Assembly: GCA_001788215.1 (NCBI GenBank)
Contig: MGAO01000043.1
Location: 29,176-64,071 of the forward strand
Reading direction: 5' to 3'
DNA: 34,896 nucleotides
Source: Candidatus Roizmanbacteria bacterium RIFCSPLOWO2_01_FULL_40_14
GTDB lineage: Bacteria; Patescibacteriota; Microgenomatia; GCA-001788215; 2-01-FULL-40-14
Shown here: positions 8,188 through 16,945 of the stretch, in pieces
How the letters are laid out: every line of letters begins with the position of its first letter
Numbering within the stretch: the stretch's first letter is position 1
Position numbers and translations under genes: made by a program
The notes under the pieces: model-generated
What the model saw: only the letters and a program-made list of their open reading frames with translations
What the model was told of the DNA's origin: nothing
Database searches by the model: none

Positions 8188-8834
8188 TATCTTTTTATTT
8201 ATCCAGTTTTCTAGCCGAAATACAATCACGAATTTTTCCGACAAGATTATCTTTTCATCATGCAGTTCCCTACTTTTCACAGTATGAATCGCGTGAATTA
8301 GTTGACGATCCGAAATGGAAGCAGTCGGGTGCAAAAACAAAAGATGAATATGCATATTGGAGTCATAACTCGTGCGGCATGGCGTGTCTGAAAATGATTT
8401 TGAAATACAAACTGAATAAAGAAATTCCAATAGTAACTCTAGCGAAAAAATGCACGGAATACGGCGGATACATTTTGAAAAAGGATGAAGCTGAGGGATT
8501 GTTTTACGAACCATTCTGCCTGTTTGTGAAAGAAGAATTTAATATTAATGCTTCTGTTGCACCTTTTTTAACTCTGAAAAGAATATTGTTTGAAATAAGC
8601 AAAAATAACTTAGTAATTACATCTGCTCATCCGGATATCAGAGATAGAAATAATCCAAAACCAAAAGGCTCTGGCGGTCATCTCGTGTTAATCACCGGAT
8701 ATGATTTGAAAAAGAAAACAATAACCATCCACAATCCCAGCGGTTCTTACCAAAAATCACAGGAACATTATGAAATGAGTTTTAAAGAGTTTAAAAAGTT
8801 TTTCGCGGAAAGAGGGATAGTAATATATATGTAA
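8184..8834 (+). CDS. Peptidase C39-like (papain-fold) protein
   Basis: VPYFSQ, SCGMACLKMIL (Cys), GHLVLITGYD (His), IHNP. Confidence 0.85.
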   Translation: MISFYLSSFLAEIQSRIFPTRLSFHHAVPYFSQYESRELVDDPKWKQSGAKTKDEYAYWSHNSCGMACLKMILKYKLNKEIPIVTLAKKCTEYGGYILKKDEAEGLFYEPFCLFVKEEFNINASVAPFLTLKRILFEISKNNLVITSAHPDIRDRNNPKPKGSGGHLVLITGYDLKKKTITIHNPSGSYQKSQEHYEMSFKEFKKFFAERGIVIYM

Positions 8835-8845
8835 TGCCGTATATC

Positions 8846-8881
8846 ACGTAGTTAATTGCCGATTACTAATCGGCACTACGT
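8846..8881. repeat. GTAG-flanked REP-like hairpin
   Basis: ACGTAG...TGCCGATT-ACT-AATCGGCA-CTACGT, followed by a second hairpin TGTA-GCAGCAC-TT-GTGCTGC. Confidence 0.5.
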
Positions 8882-8987
8882 CTCAAAGGTGTAGCAGCAC
8901 TTGTGCTGCACAATTGCATATTTATTAAAATGATTCAAATCATTTCAATAGATTCAAAATTAAGTTTTGTGATATAAGTAAATTACC

Positions 8988-9683
8988 ATGGAACCTCAAC
9001 AACCAACTTCTTCTCAACCACCAGACCCGATTCCACCAGCAGAACCCGCTCATCATACACCGTTAAAAATTATTCTGATTGCAATTGGCATTCTCCTTGC
9101 GGGTGCTATTCTGGTATTTGTGTATCAAACAATTCAGGCCAATCGAAGTTGGCGCTTCACCGAACCGCCAGACATGATGGGATCAATTAACCAAGTATCC
9201 CCTTCTCCCATACTTGATGAAACTGCAGAGTGGAAGACGTATACAAATACTAACAGTATTTCTGGATTCCAAATAGATATTCCTTCTATCTGGAAAGAAT
9301 TAGAACATTCTTCAAGTTTTGAAAATTCGAGTATGTTTCAGGCACCTGATGGCAGCCAGATTGACTTGACGGTAGAGCAAACTACTTTCAATGATTTAGA
9401 TTCATATCTTAGTGATCTTGATAAAACTAATACTACTGCCTGGGAAGGAAAGCCTTCTAAAACGATCAAGCAAACTCAACTAATTACGATTGGAAATGCA
9501 AAAGGCATTATTCGCGTAGAAGATTGGTTGGCGGCTGGATTTACTACGAAAGTAACATACATTATAAACGATAATAAGGTCTTTTCTATAACGCTTCTTC
9601 CATATGGTGACGGTAATTTTGAAACACAGGAGGCTGCAAAGAAGTACGACCATATCCTCTCCACGTTCACATTCCTCGAATAA
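8988..9683 (+). CDS. Membrane-anchored exported protein, PsbP-like C-terminal domain
   Basis: Pro-rich N-terminus, one TM, WKTYTN...FQIDIPSIW and C-terminal ILSTFTF, typical of PsbP-like CPR proteins. Confidence 0.7.
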   Translation: MEPQQPTSSQPPDPIPPAEPAHHTPLKIILIAIGILLAGAILVFVYQTIQANRSWRFTEPPDMMGSINQVSPSPILDETAEWKTYTNTNSISGFQIDIPSIWKELEHSSSFENSSMFQAPDGSQIDLTVEQTTFNDLDSYLSDLDKTNTTAWEGKPSKTIKQTQLITIGNAKGIIRVEDWLAAGFTTKVTYIINDNKVFSITLLPYGDGNFETQEAAKKYDHILSTFTFLE

Positions 9684-9778
9684 AAGCACACCGAGAGAGC
9701 GCGGCTACAAAAAAGTCCAGCAAGCTGTCCCACTACAAATTTGTGAAAATTCGTTATGATTCGTGGAAATCCTGAAGT

Positions 9779-10255
9779 TTACCTCTTTGGAGATGATTTC
9801 TTTTTACGAGCTTTACCAGCAAGACCTGCTTTACGACGCTCTTTAACCCGAGGATCACGCGTCAAGAATCCGCTTTTCTTAAGTAGTGGTCGATATTCAT
9901 CGTGATTTATGGTATCAAGCGCACGCGCCATACCATGAACAACAGCATCAAGTTGTCCATTTTTCCCGCCGCCATATACGAGCACCGTAACCGCATAGTC
10001 ATTGAGCGTCTTTGTCACACGCAATGGTCCCCGATAGGCTACTTTATTTACTTCTCCGGGAAAGTAGTCGGCAACATCTTTTTTGTTTACCAGAAAATCG
10101 CCAGCTTTGATATTTTGACCGTGGACAACCACTGACTTCTTGTCAGATAGAGGGTATAGTCGTACCTGCGCACTTGCTTCCCGACGACGACCAACGGCTT
10201 GATAATATGTTTTTTGAGCTGTTGGTTTTGATGTTACTTTACTTGTTTGTACCAT
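9779..10255 (-). CDS. rpsI: 30S ribosomal protein S9
   Basis: AVGRRREASAQVRL, GGGKNGQ, LTRDPRVKERRKAG...SPKR. Confidence 0.97.
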   Translation of the reverse strand: MVQTSKVTSKPTAQKTYYQAVGRRREASAQVRLYPLSDKKSVVVHGQNIKAGDFLVNKKDVADYFPGEVNKVAYRGPLRVTKTLNDYAVTVLVYGGGKNGQLDAVVHGMARALDTINHDEYRPLLKKSGFLTRDPRVKERRKAGLAGKARKKKSSPKR

Positions 10256-10288
10256 ATTGAATATACGTCGTAATTAATAACTCGTAAA

Positions 10289-10708
10289 TTATTTCTGTTT
10301 AATCTTATCGCTGTAGGGGTGTTTTTCGTCAGCATAAATATATAATCTGCTTAACCATTGATCCCGTAATTTATTTTTTGGTAACATACCCGATACGGCA
10401 TGTCGAACAATCTCATCAGGCTTTCTCTCTCGTAACTGACCCAGCGTTTCTTTCCGTAAACCGCCCGGATATCCGGAATATCGTGTATATACTTTTTGGT
10501 CTTCTTTTCGGCCCGTTGCTTTTACCTGTTTTGCGTTAATGACCACAACAAAGTCACCGCAATCCATATGTGAAACAAAGTATGACTTATTTTTTCCACG
10601 GAGTAAATTCGCAATGACAGTTGCCTCTCGTCCTATTACTTTATCAGCAACATCAACGAGATGCCACGTTCTTTGTATTTGATTTTGTTTTGTGTTGGTG
10701 AGCGGCAT
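10289..10708 (-). CDS. rplM: 50S ribosomal protein L13
   Basis: WHLVDV, LRGKNK, DCGDFVVVINA, SGYPGG, GMLPKN. Confidence 0.97.
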   Translation of the reverse strand: MPLTNTKQNQIQRTWHLVDVADKVIGREATVIANLLRGKNKSYFVSHMDCGDFVVVINAKQVKATGRKEDQKVYTRYSGYPGGLRKETLGQLRERKPDEIVRHAVSGMLPKNKLRDQWLSRLYIYADEKHPYSDKIKQK

Positions 10709-10943
10709 CGCGCTTCTCCTTTGTTAAATCGCTAATTTCAAGAGTCACTTGTGGTGCATTATCTCCCCGTCTTGCGGGTGCCGGCTGTATGGTTACCTGC
10801 TTACGAAGCACTTTTCGTACGTGCTCAACAATATGTTTACCTTTCGATCTTGTTGTCTGAATTTTCTTATATACCAGAAGGTTTTTGACGAGGTTTTCCG
10901 TAAGAGCTGCACGATACGATGCGCCACGTCCGATCTTTTTCAT
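10653..10943 (-). CDS. rplQ: 50S ribosomal protein L17, minimal and divergent
   Basis: Directly after rpoA; KKIGR...R.AL..NL...L, IQTT..K and RRGDNAP motifs. Confidence 0.85.
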   Translation of the reverse strand: MKKIGRGASYRAALTENLVKNLLVYKKIQTTRSKGKHIVEHVRKVLRKQVTIQPAPARRGDNAPQVTLEISDLTKEKRDAAHQHKTKSNTKNVASR

Positions 10944-11857
10944 GATACCAGCACGACTCCTTTTTTCTTTAATTGGTCTTGGATCTGATCGATCGATTTC
11001 GCCCCAAGGTTTCGTACTTTCTCAACATCAGTTCGTGATTTTCCTTCAAAATCAGCAAGGGTAGCAAAACCACCTTTCTTAAGCGCATTGGTTATACGGA
11101 TAGGAAGTTCTAATTCTTCAACTGATGATTTAAGAACCGTTTGTGATGTTGAGACAGATTGCTTCGGCTGATTGTTATTTCCTTCTTGTGGATTGTACAT
11201 ATGCTGAAAGTATGATACGAGTGTCTGAGATGCGTAAGTCAAGGCTGTTTCTGGATCAATAGCACCATTAGTCCATACATCAAGAATAAGCTTATCAAAA
11301 TTAGTTTCTCGACCTACTCGAGTTTCTTCAACAGAAAAATTTACCCGTCGAACAGGAGAGTATAAACTATCCACGGGTATGGAACCCATCTCAGATAGTA
11401 AACGGTCTTCTGAAGGTACATATCCCATACCCTGTTCGACCCATATGGTCATTTCAAGCTTTGTATTCTTATCGGTCAGTGATGCAATATATTCATCAGG
11501 ATTAGATATAGTCACCTCAGCGGGAAGCGTTATATCTTTTGCAGTGACTTCGCCTACTCCCTTTTTCTCAAGAGTAAGTTTTGCTTCTTGTTCACCTTCA
11601 AGGTGAAAGTTTACTTTTTTAAGATTCAGAATAAGCTCGACAATATCTTCTCGCAAACCTTTCAAGGTAGAAAACTGATGCTTGGCTCCCTTAATCTTAA
11701 GTTTTGATATCGCTGTTCCGGGAATACTGGACAATAGTATGCGGCGCAAGCTGTTTCCCAACGTTGATCCATATCCCTGCGGAAGTGGCTCAATTTCAAA
11801 TTGAGCATAGTTTGCAGTTTTTTCTTTTGCGGTAACGGTAAAGAATGGTTCGTTCAT
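10940..11857 (-). CDS. rpoA: RNA polymerase alpha subunit
   Basis: IEPLPQGYGSTLGNSLRRILLSSIPG, YSPVRRV, alpha-CTD NLGAKS. Confidence 0.98.
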   Translation of the reverse strand: MNEPFFTVTAKEKTANYAQFEIEPLPQGYGSTLGNSLRRILLSSIPGTAISKLKIKGAKHQFSTLKGLREDIVELILNLKKVNFHLEGEQEAKLTLEKKGVGEVTAKDITLPAEVTISNPDEYIASLTDKNTKLEMTIWVEQGMGYVPSEDRLLSEMGSIPVDSLYSPVRRVNFSVEETRVGRETNFDKLILDVWTNGAIDPETALTYASQTLVSYFQHMYNPQEGNNNQPKQSVSTSQTVLKSSVEELELPIRITNALKKGGFATLADFEGKSRTDVEKVRNLGAKSIDQIQDQLKKKGVVLVS

Positions 11858-11865
11858 ACTAGTAT

Positions 11866-12486
11866 TTATCGTGAATAGTATTCTACTATAAGCTGTTCTT
11901 CTATGTCTTCACTAATATCTTCTCTTTTCGGATAAGCTGTAATTTTACCAGCTGTTGCCTTTTTTTGCAACCACCCTGGTGTCATGAGAGTTTTTTCCGA
12001 TAACGACTTCTCAATGACCGGTATCCTAACACTTTTCGGCTTTAAACTAACGATATTGTCGATTGAAACTTGGTAGGATGGAATGTCTACCCGACGATCT
12101 GAAACTCGTATATGTCCGTGTCGTACTAACTGTCGGGCCGCTGCACGAGTCGGGGCAAATCCGAGTCGGTAAACAACATTATCCAACCGCCGCTCTAAAT
12201 GAGACAATAAAGCCTCTCCCGTAACTCCTTTGGTTTTGGCAGCTTCTTGATAATATCGTTTAAACTGATTTTCCATTATACCATACATTCTTTTTACTTT
12301 TTGTTTTTCTCGCAATTGTTTCCCATAGTCAGATGGTTTTCTTCCCATTCTTTGACCATGCTGTCCAGGGCGTATCTTTGCTCGTTTGAGAAATGATGCA
12401 TGTGCCTTTGATCCCGCTGTTTTCAAGCCCAGATCTACTCCCTCACGTCGTGCTAGTTTATTTCGTGGTCCTCGGTAACGTGCCAT
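11866..12486 (-). CDS. rpsD: 30S ribosomal protein S4
   Basis: MARYRGP, PGQHG, QLREKQK, LERRLDNVVYRLG, IVEYYSR. Confidence 0.98.
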   Translation of the reverse strand: MARYRGPRNKLARREGVDLGLKTAGSKAHASFLKRAKIRPGQHGQRMGRKPSDYGKQLREKQKVKRMYGIMENQFKRYYQEAAKTKGVTGEALLSHLERRLDNVVYRLGFAPTRAAARQLVRHGHIRVSDRRVDIPSYQVSIDNIVSLKPKSVRIPVIEKSLSEKTLMTPGWLQKKATAGKITAYPKREDISEDIEEQLIVEYYSR

Positions 12487-12488
12487 GG

Positions 12489-12875
12489 TTATACTCTTCG
12501 TTTCTTCTTTGGCCGCACGCCGTTGTGCGGAATTGGTGTAATGTCGGCAATTAGACTTAATTTAATACCCGAATTTTTGAGTGCTCGAAGCGCTGCTTCT
12601 CGACCCATACCAGCCCCTTTGAGATATACTTCTAGTTCGTTTGTTTGGAATGGCTTCATGCTCTCAAGTAGTTGGGTAACAATTTTTGTGGCCGCATACG
12701 GCGTTGCCCGACGGGCGCCTTGAAAACCAACACTCCCTGACGAACCAGAGCATATTACATTTCCCTCGTGGTCAGTTACCGTAACCAGAGTATTATTGAA
12801 GGTAGACGTAATATACATGCGTCCTTTTGAGACGGTTTTTTCTTCTTGTTTCTTTTTTGATTTTGCTTGTGCCAT
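12489..12875 (-). CDS. rpsK: 30S ribosomal protein S11
   Basis: STFNNT, TPYAA, DITPIPHNG.RP.KKRRV. Confidence 0.98.
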   Translation of the reverse strand: MAQAKSKKKQEEKTVSKGRMYITSTFNNTLVTVTDHEGNVICSGSSGSVGFQGARRATPYAATKIVTQLLESMKPFQTNELEVYLKGAGMGREAALRALKNSGIKLSLIADITPIPHNGVRPKKKRRV

Positions 12876-12882
12876 AGGTTAA

Positions 12883-13284
12883 TTATTGTTGCGGTGCTTC
12901 TACTTTTGCACGCTCTTCTTTCTTAAGTGCACCGACCGTCTTTCTTTTTCCCCGTTTCGTACGGGCATTTGTTTTCGTACGCTGTCCACGTACCGGGAGT
13001 CCTTGCGCGTGACGTTTTCCTCGATAAGAACCGATTGTTTGTAAACGCTTTATGTTATCAGCTATTAATCGACGCAAATCTCCCTCAACCATATAGTCAG
13101 CTTCAATTACTTTTTGAATACGTGCAATCTCTTCCTCTGTAAGCTCGCGAACCCGTTTTGCCGGTTCAACCTTTGCTTTTTTAAGAAGACTTTGTACATT
13201 ATTCCTCCCAATACCATAAATTGCTGTTAATGCAAAATGCACTGGTCTTCCTTCTGGTAAATCTGTTCCTGCTATTCTTGGCAT
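12883..13284 (-). CDS. rpsM: 30S ribosomal protein S13
   Basis: MPRIAG, ALTAIYGIG, GLPVRGQRTKTNARTKRG. Confidence 0.98.
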   Translation of the reverse strand: MPRIAGTDLPEGRPVHFALTAIYGIGRNNVQSLLKKAKVEPAKRVRELTEEEIARIQKVIEADYMVEGDLRRLIADNIKRLQTIGSYRGKRHAQGLPVRGQRTKTNARTKRGKRKTVGALKKEERAKVEAPQQ

Positions 13285-13285
13285 A

Positions 13286-13525
13286 TTATTTTATTCGAAA
13301 TACAATGCGTCCTTTTTCGCGATCGTAGGGCGTCATCTCTATACGAACTCGGTCACCGGGCATAACGCGGATATAATGCATGCGCATTTTACCGGACAAA
13401 TGACACAACACGTTCGTATTGAGTAATTCTTTATCTTCTGCATTGTCAATCGTAACCCGAAACATAGTATTAGGAAGTGCTTCAGTCACGGCTCCCTCTA
13501 CTAGAAAAGTTCCTTTATGATTCAT
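13286..13525 (-). CDS. infA: Translation initiation factor IF-1
   Basis: [39 protein letters not shown]. Confidence 0.97.
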   Translation of the reverse strand: MNHKGTFLVEGAVTEALPNTMFRVTIDNAEDKELLNTNVLCHLSGKMRMHYIRVMPGDRVRIEMTPYDREKGRIVFRIK

Positions 13526-13537
13526 CGATCGTTTCGC

Positions 13538-14317
13538 TTATGTCAAAACAAGTAACCCACCGCGCGTTAAAGCGATGGTCTTCTCGAAACAAGAAGCAAT
13601 TGTACCATCTTTAGTTCGGATTGTCCAACCATCAGCCTCGTCTATATACACGTCTGGTTTGCCCATGACATATATTGCTTCAATGGCCAATGTCATGCCT
13701 ATTTTTAATTCTGGTGTTTTTGAAAGTGGCCTCATAAGTAGTCCGGGAACTTCAGGATCTTCATGTAATTTCTTCCCTACTCCATGGCCTACTAATTCTT
13801 CAACAACCCCATACCCTTCCGGTTCAATAGTATTCTGAATCGCTTGTGAAATATGACCAATGCGATTACCCAATTTAACTTGAGCAATTCCATTTTTTAA
13901 TGCTCTCTCTCCTGTTTTCAAAAACTTATTAATTTTATCATTTGGATCTTTGTCCGCCAGCTGGCGGATTGGATCTTCTACTCTAACCGTCCAACTCATA
14001 TCCGTATGAAATCCCTGATAGTACATACCGAGATCAACCGTAACAACATTGTCTTCTTTCAGAATTATTTCTTTATGAGGAATACCATGGACAACACAAT
14101 CGTTGATACAAATACAGCTTGCCCATCGATATCCTTTCACCCGCTTAAATGACGGCTCTCCACCTTCTTTTCTGATCAGATCATCGGCAAACTTATCAAT
14201 CTTAGCCGCCGAAATACCGGGTTTAACTTGTATAAGTGTTTCTGTAAGGACGCGCTTAAGCTTTTTTCCGCCTTCCTGCATAGTTGCAATTTCTTTTTCA
14301 GATTTTAGATGGATCAT
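13538..14317 (-). CDS. map: Methionine aminopeptidase type I
   Basis: VVHGIP, VDLG...GFHTD, GHGVG..LHEDP, LAIE. Confidence 0.96.
   Translation of the reverse strand: MIHLKSEKEIATMQEGGKKLKRVLTETLIQVKPGISAAKIDKFADDLIRKEGGEPSFKRVKGYRWASCICINDCVVHGIPHKEIILKEDNVVTVDLGMYYQGFHTDMSWTVRVEDPIRQLADKDPNDKINKFLKTGERALKNGIAQVKLGNRIGHISQAIQNTIEPEGYGVVEELVGHGVGKKLHEDPEVPGLLMRPLSKTPELKIGMTLAIEAIYVMGKPDVYIDEADGWTIRTKDGTIASCFEKTIALTRGGLLVLT
13942..13977. repeat. 16-bp perfect palindrome between 9-bp direct repeats, inside map
   Basis: TTGGATCTT-TG-TCCGCCAGCTGGCGGA-TTGGATCTT. Confidence 0.85.
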
Positions 14318-14994
14318 ATCTTTTTTTCTTTGATAATTTCTACAAGTTCATTAATTACTTGCTCGATAGACATATTGCTCGTGTCGAACTCAATCGCATC
14401 AGATGCTTTTTTGAGTGGATTAATCGCGCGCGACATATCCCGATTATCTCGCTCGATTGTTTCTTGCAAGACCTTCTCAAACGAGACATACTCTCCTTTT
14501 TCTTCAAGCTGCTTCTGTCGTCTCAAAGCCCGCGTCTTCTGATCAGCTATCAAATATATCTTGATATCGGCATTTGAAAGCACCACAGTACCTATATCTC
14601 TTCCTTCCATAACAACACTAAATTTTGAGGCTATTTCCTTTTGTATTTTCACAAGATATGATCTGATCTTAGGATATTGAGCAACAACAGCAGAACCACG
14701 GCTCACCTCTGATGTTCGTATGTTATCTTGAACATTTTCATCGTTGAGATACACGTCAAAAGAAAATTTGTCCCGAGCAGGTCTAAGACGTAAGGGGACT
14801 TTCTTAAGTTCTAAAAGAAGTTCGACAGGATTTTCGAGCGATATATTTTTTCGTAAACCAAGAACAGCAACGGCACGATACATAGCTCCAGAATCAACAT
14901 ATCGTGCATTGATTTTTTTTGCAAGCAATCGAGCAATTGTCCCTTTTCCAGCGGCCACTGGACCGTCAATTGCTATTTGCATATGTTGTTTCAT
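14314..14994 (-). CDS. cmk: (d)CMP kinase
   Basis: IAIDGPVAAGKGT, DSGAMYRA, VMEGRDIGTVV, RDNRD..R...PL. Confidence 0.96.
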   Translation of the reverse strand: MKQHMQIAIDGPVAAGKGTIARLLAKKINARYVDSGAMYRAVAVLGLRKNISLENPVELLLELKKVPLRLRPARDKFSFDVYLNDENVQDNIRTSEVSRGSAVVAQYPKIRSYLVKIQKEIASKFSVVMEGRDIGTVVLSNADIKIYLIADQKTRALRRQKQLEEKGEYVSFEKVLQETIERDNRDMSRAINPLKKASDAIEFDTSNMSIEQVINELVEIIKEKKI

Positions 14995-15533
14995 TTCACC
15001 TTGAGGTGTTTGAGGATATCCTGATGAACCTTTTTAATGGATTGTTGACCATTAATTTCAACCAATAATTTTTTCCGTTTATAATGTGATATAACGGGCC
15101 TCGTATATTTATGAAAGCTTTCAATACGGACTCGTATGGCTGCAATGGTTTCATCTTCACGAACGATATCGTTTCGGTACGCAAGACGCCAAAGCGCTTC
15201 TTTATCTGAAATGTTTATATAAAATACGTTATCTATCTTGTGTGTAAACTCTTTTGCCTGCATTGCGGTTCGGGGAAAACCGTCGAGAATAAAACCAATT
15301 TGATATTCTGGTTTTTTTAAGTACTCTTCAATGATTTGGATTGTTTTTGAATCAGGGATTAAAACACCCGCATTCATCGTTTCTTTCACATAGCGGCCCC
15401 ATGACGTTTTTTCTTTTGCCATCTCGCGAAATATATGCCCTGAGGATAAGTAGGCAATTTTAAATTTTTTGCTCAGCAGATTTCCTTGTGTTGATTTGCC
15501 GGATCCTTGGATCCCCATGAGAATGATTTTCAT
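14991..15533 (-). CDS. adk: Adenylate kinase (short form, no LID)
   Basis: GIQGSGKSTQ, SSGHIFR, LDGFPRT..QA; position after secY. Confidence 0.93.
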   Translation of the reverse strand: MKIILMGIQGSGKSTQGNLLSKKFKIAYLSSGHIFREMAKEKTSWGRYVKETMNAGVLIPDSKTIQIIEEYLKKPEYQIGFILDGFPRTAMQAKEFTHKIDNVFYINISDKEALWRLAYRNDIVREDETIAAIRVRIESFHKYTRPVISHYKRKKLLVEINGQQSIKKVHQDILKHLKVK

Positions 15534-15535
15534 AA

Positions 15536-16822
15536 TTAATTCAAAAACCCTTCATAATTTCTCGTGATCAGTTGTGCTTCCATTGCTTTCATGGTTTCAA
15601 GCACCACTGATACCACAATCAAAACACCCGTTCCTCCCAATAATAATACTGAAATACCGGTAACGCCTTGTACTAATGCGGGAAGAATTGCTATTGTACC
15701 AAGAAATAAAGCTCCTGCCAAGGTAATACGGGTCAGAATATAATTGAGATAGTTAGCGGTCGCACTCCCGGGACGAATTCCCGGAACAAATCCCCCGTAT
15801 TTTTGTACTTCTGATGCTATTTTTTCAGGATTGAAAGTGATTGCGGTATAAAAGTAGGTAAATCCGACGACGAGCAAGAAATACAGGAGATTGTACGTGA
15901 TGCTACTTGGATCAAAGAAACGGGCAAGACTCGTAAAAAAATTAGCAATAGCAGGATTGGGTACTTGCCCTAAAAAGTTGGCCAACATAGACGGAAGCAA
16001 TACTAATGAAACCGCAAAGATGATCGGAATGACGCCGGCCTGATTTAATCGCAGGGGTAAATGGGTTGTCTGGCCCCCATACAAAGCTTTTCCCCGCACC
16101 CGTTTTGCGTACGCTATGGGCACTTTTCTCGTTGCTTCATTGACGAGAACAATACTGGCTACGACAAATACCGCAAGTGCGGTAAAAAGAACGAACTGCA
16201 GTATATTTTCTCCGGTCACGACGGTTTTTGCCTGCCAAACCATCACCGGCAATCGACCGACAATGCCACCAAAAATAAGAAGAGATATACCGTTTCCAAC
16301 GCCATGTTGCGTTATCAGCTCACCCAGCCAAATAAGAAGCATAGATCCGGCCGTCATGGTAACCACCAACGCAATAATCTCATGTACCGCCAAGGTGCTG
16401 ATAACCTGTTGGCTTCTTAAGAGAAAGTACATACCGGTACTTTGCAGGAGTGCAAGAGGAATAGTAAGAAGTCTCGTATATTGATTGATTCTTTCACGAC
16501 CCGCTTCTCCTTCTTTCTGCATTTCCTCCAGTGCCGGAAACACTTGAGTCAGTAATTGAAAAATGATAGAAGCGTTAATGTAAGGATTTAATCCGAGCGC
16601 CATGACAGAAAAGTTAACCAATGTTCCTCCGGAAAAAATATCAAGGAGTGCTAAAAATTGGTTTTCGCTAAAAAACTGGGCAAGTCGCGATGTGTCCACA
16701 GCGGGAACTGGAATGTGGGCGAAAATACGAAAGATAAGAAAAATAAGTGCCGTAAAGTACACCTTTTTCTTTAACTCGGGTGTTCGCAAAATGTTAATAA
16801 TGGGAGAGAGAATAGAATTCAT
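15536..16822 (-). CDS. secY: Preprotein translocase SecY
   Basis: LGLNPYINASII, GVGNGISL, NQAGVIPIIFA, PGIRPG, GGT..LIVVSV. Confidence 0.98.
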   Translation of the reverse strand: MNSILSPIINILRTPELKKKVYFTALIFLIFRIFAHIPVPAVDTSRLAQFFSENQFLALLDIFSGGTLVNFSVMALGLNPYINASIIFQLLTQVFPALEEMQKEGEAGRERINQYTRLLTIPLALLQSTGMYFLLRSQQVISTLAVHEIIALVVTMTAGSMLLIWLGELITQHGVGNGISLLIFGGIVGRLPVMVWQAKTVVTGENILQFVLFTALAVFVVASIVLVNEATRKVPIAYAKRVRGKALYGGQTTHLPLRLNQAGVIPIIFAVSLVLLPSMLANFLGQVPNPAIANFFTSLARFFDPSSITYNLLYFLLVVGFTYFYTAITFNPEKIASEVQKYGGFVPGIRPGSATANYLNYILTRITLAGALFLGTIAILPALVQGVTGISVLLLGGTGVLIVVSVVLETMKAMEAQLITRNYEGFLN

Positions 16823-16826
16823 CTTA

Positions 16827-16945
16827 AATTCCTAATTTTAAATTGACCTAATTTCTAACAAAATTTCAAATTTCCAATGTCTAACGGTTTATTTGTTTTG
16901 AAATTAGTCATTTGGCATTTTATTAGTCATTAGTAATTAGGAATT
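16827..16945. repeat. Inverted low-complexity repeat array between rplO and secY
   Basis: Outer AATTCCTAATT/AATTAGGAATT, inner CTAATTTC/GAAATTAG and AACAAA/TTTGTT, built from degenerate short units. Confidence 0.75.
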
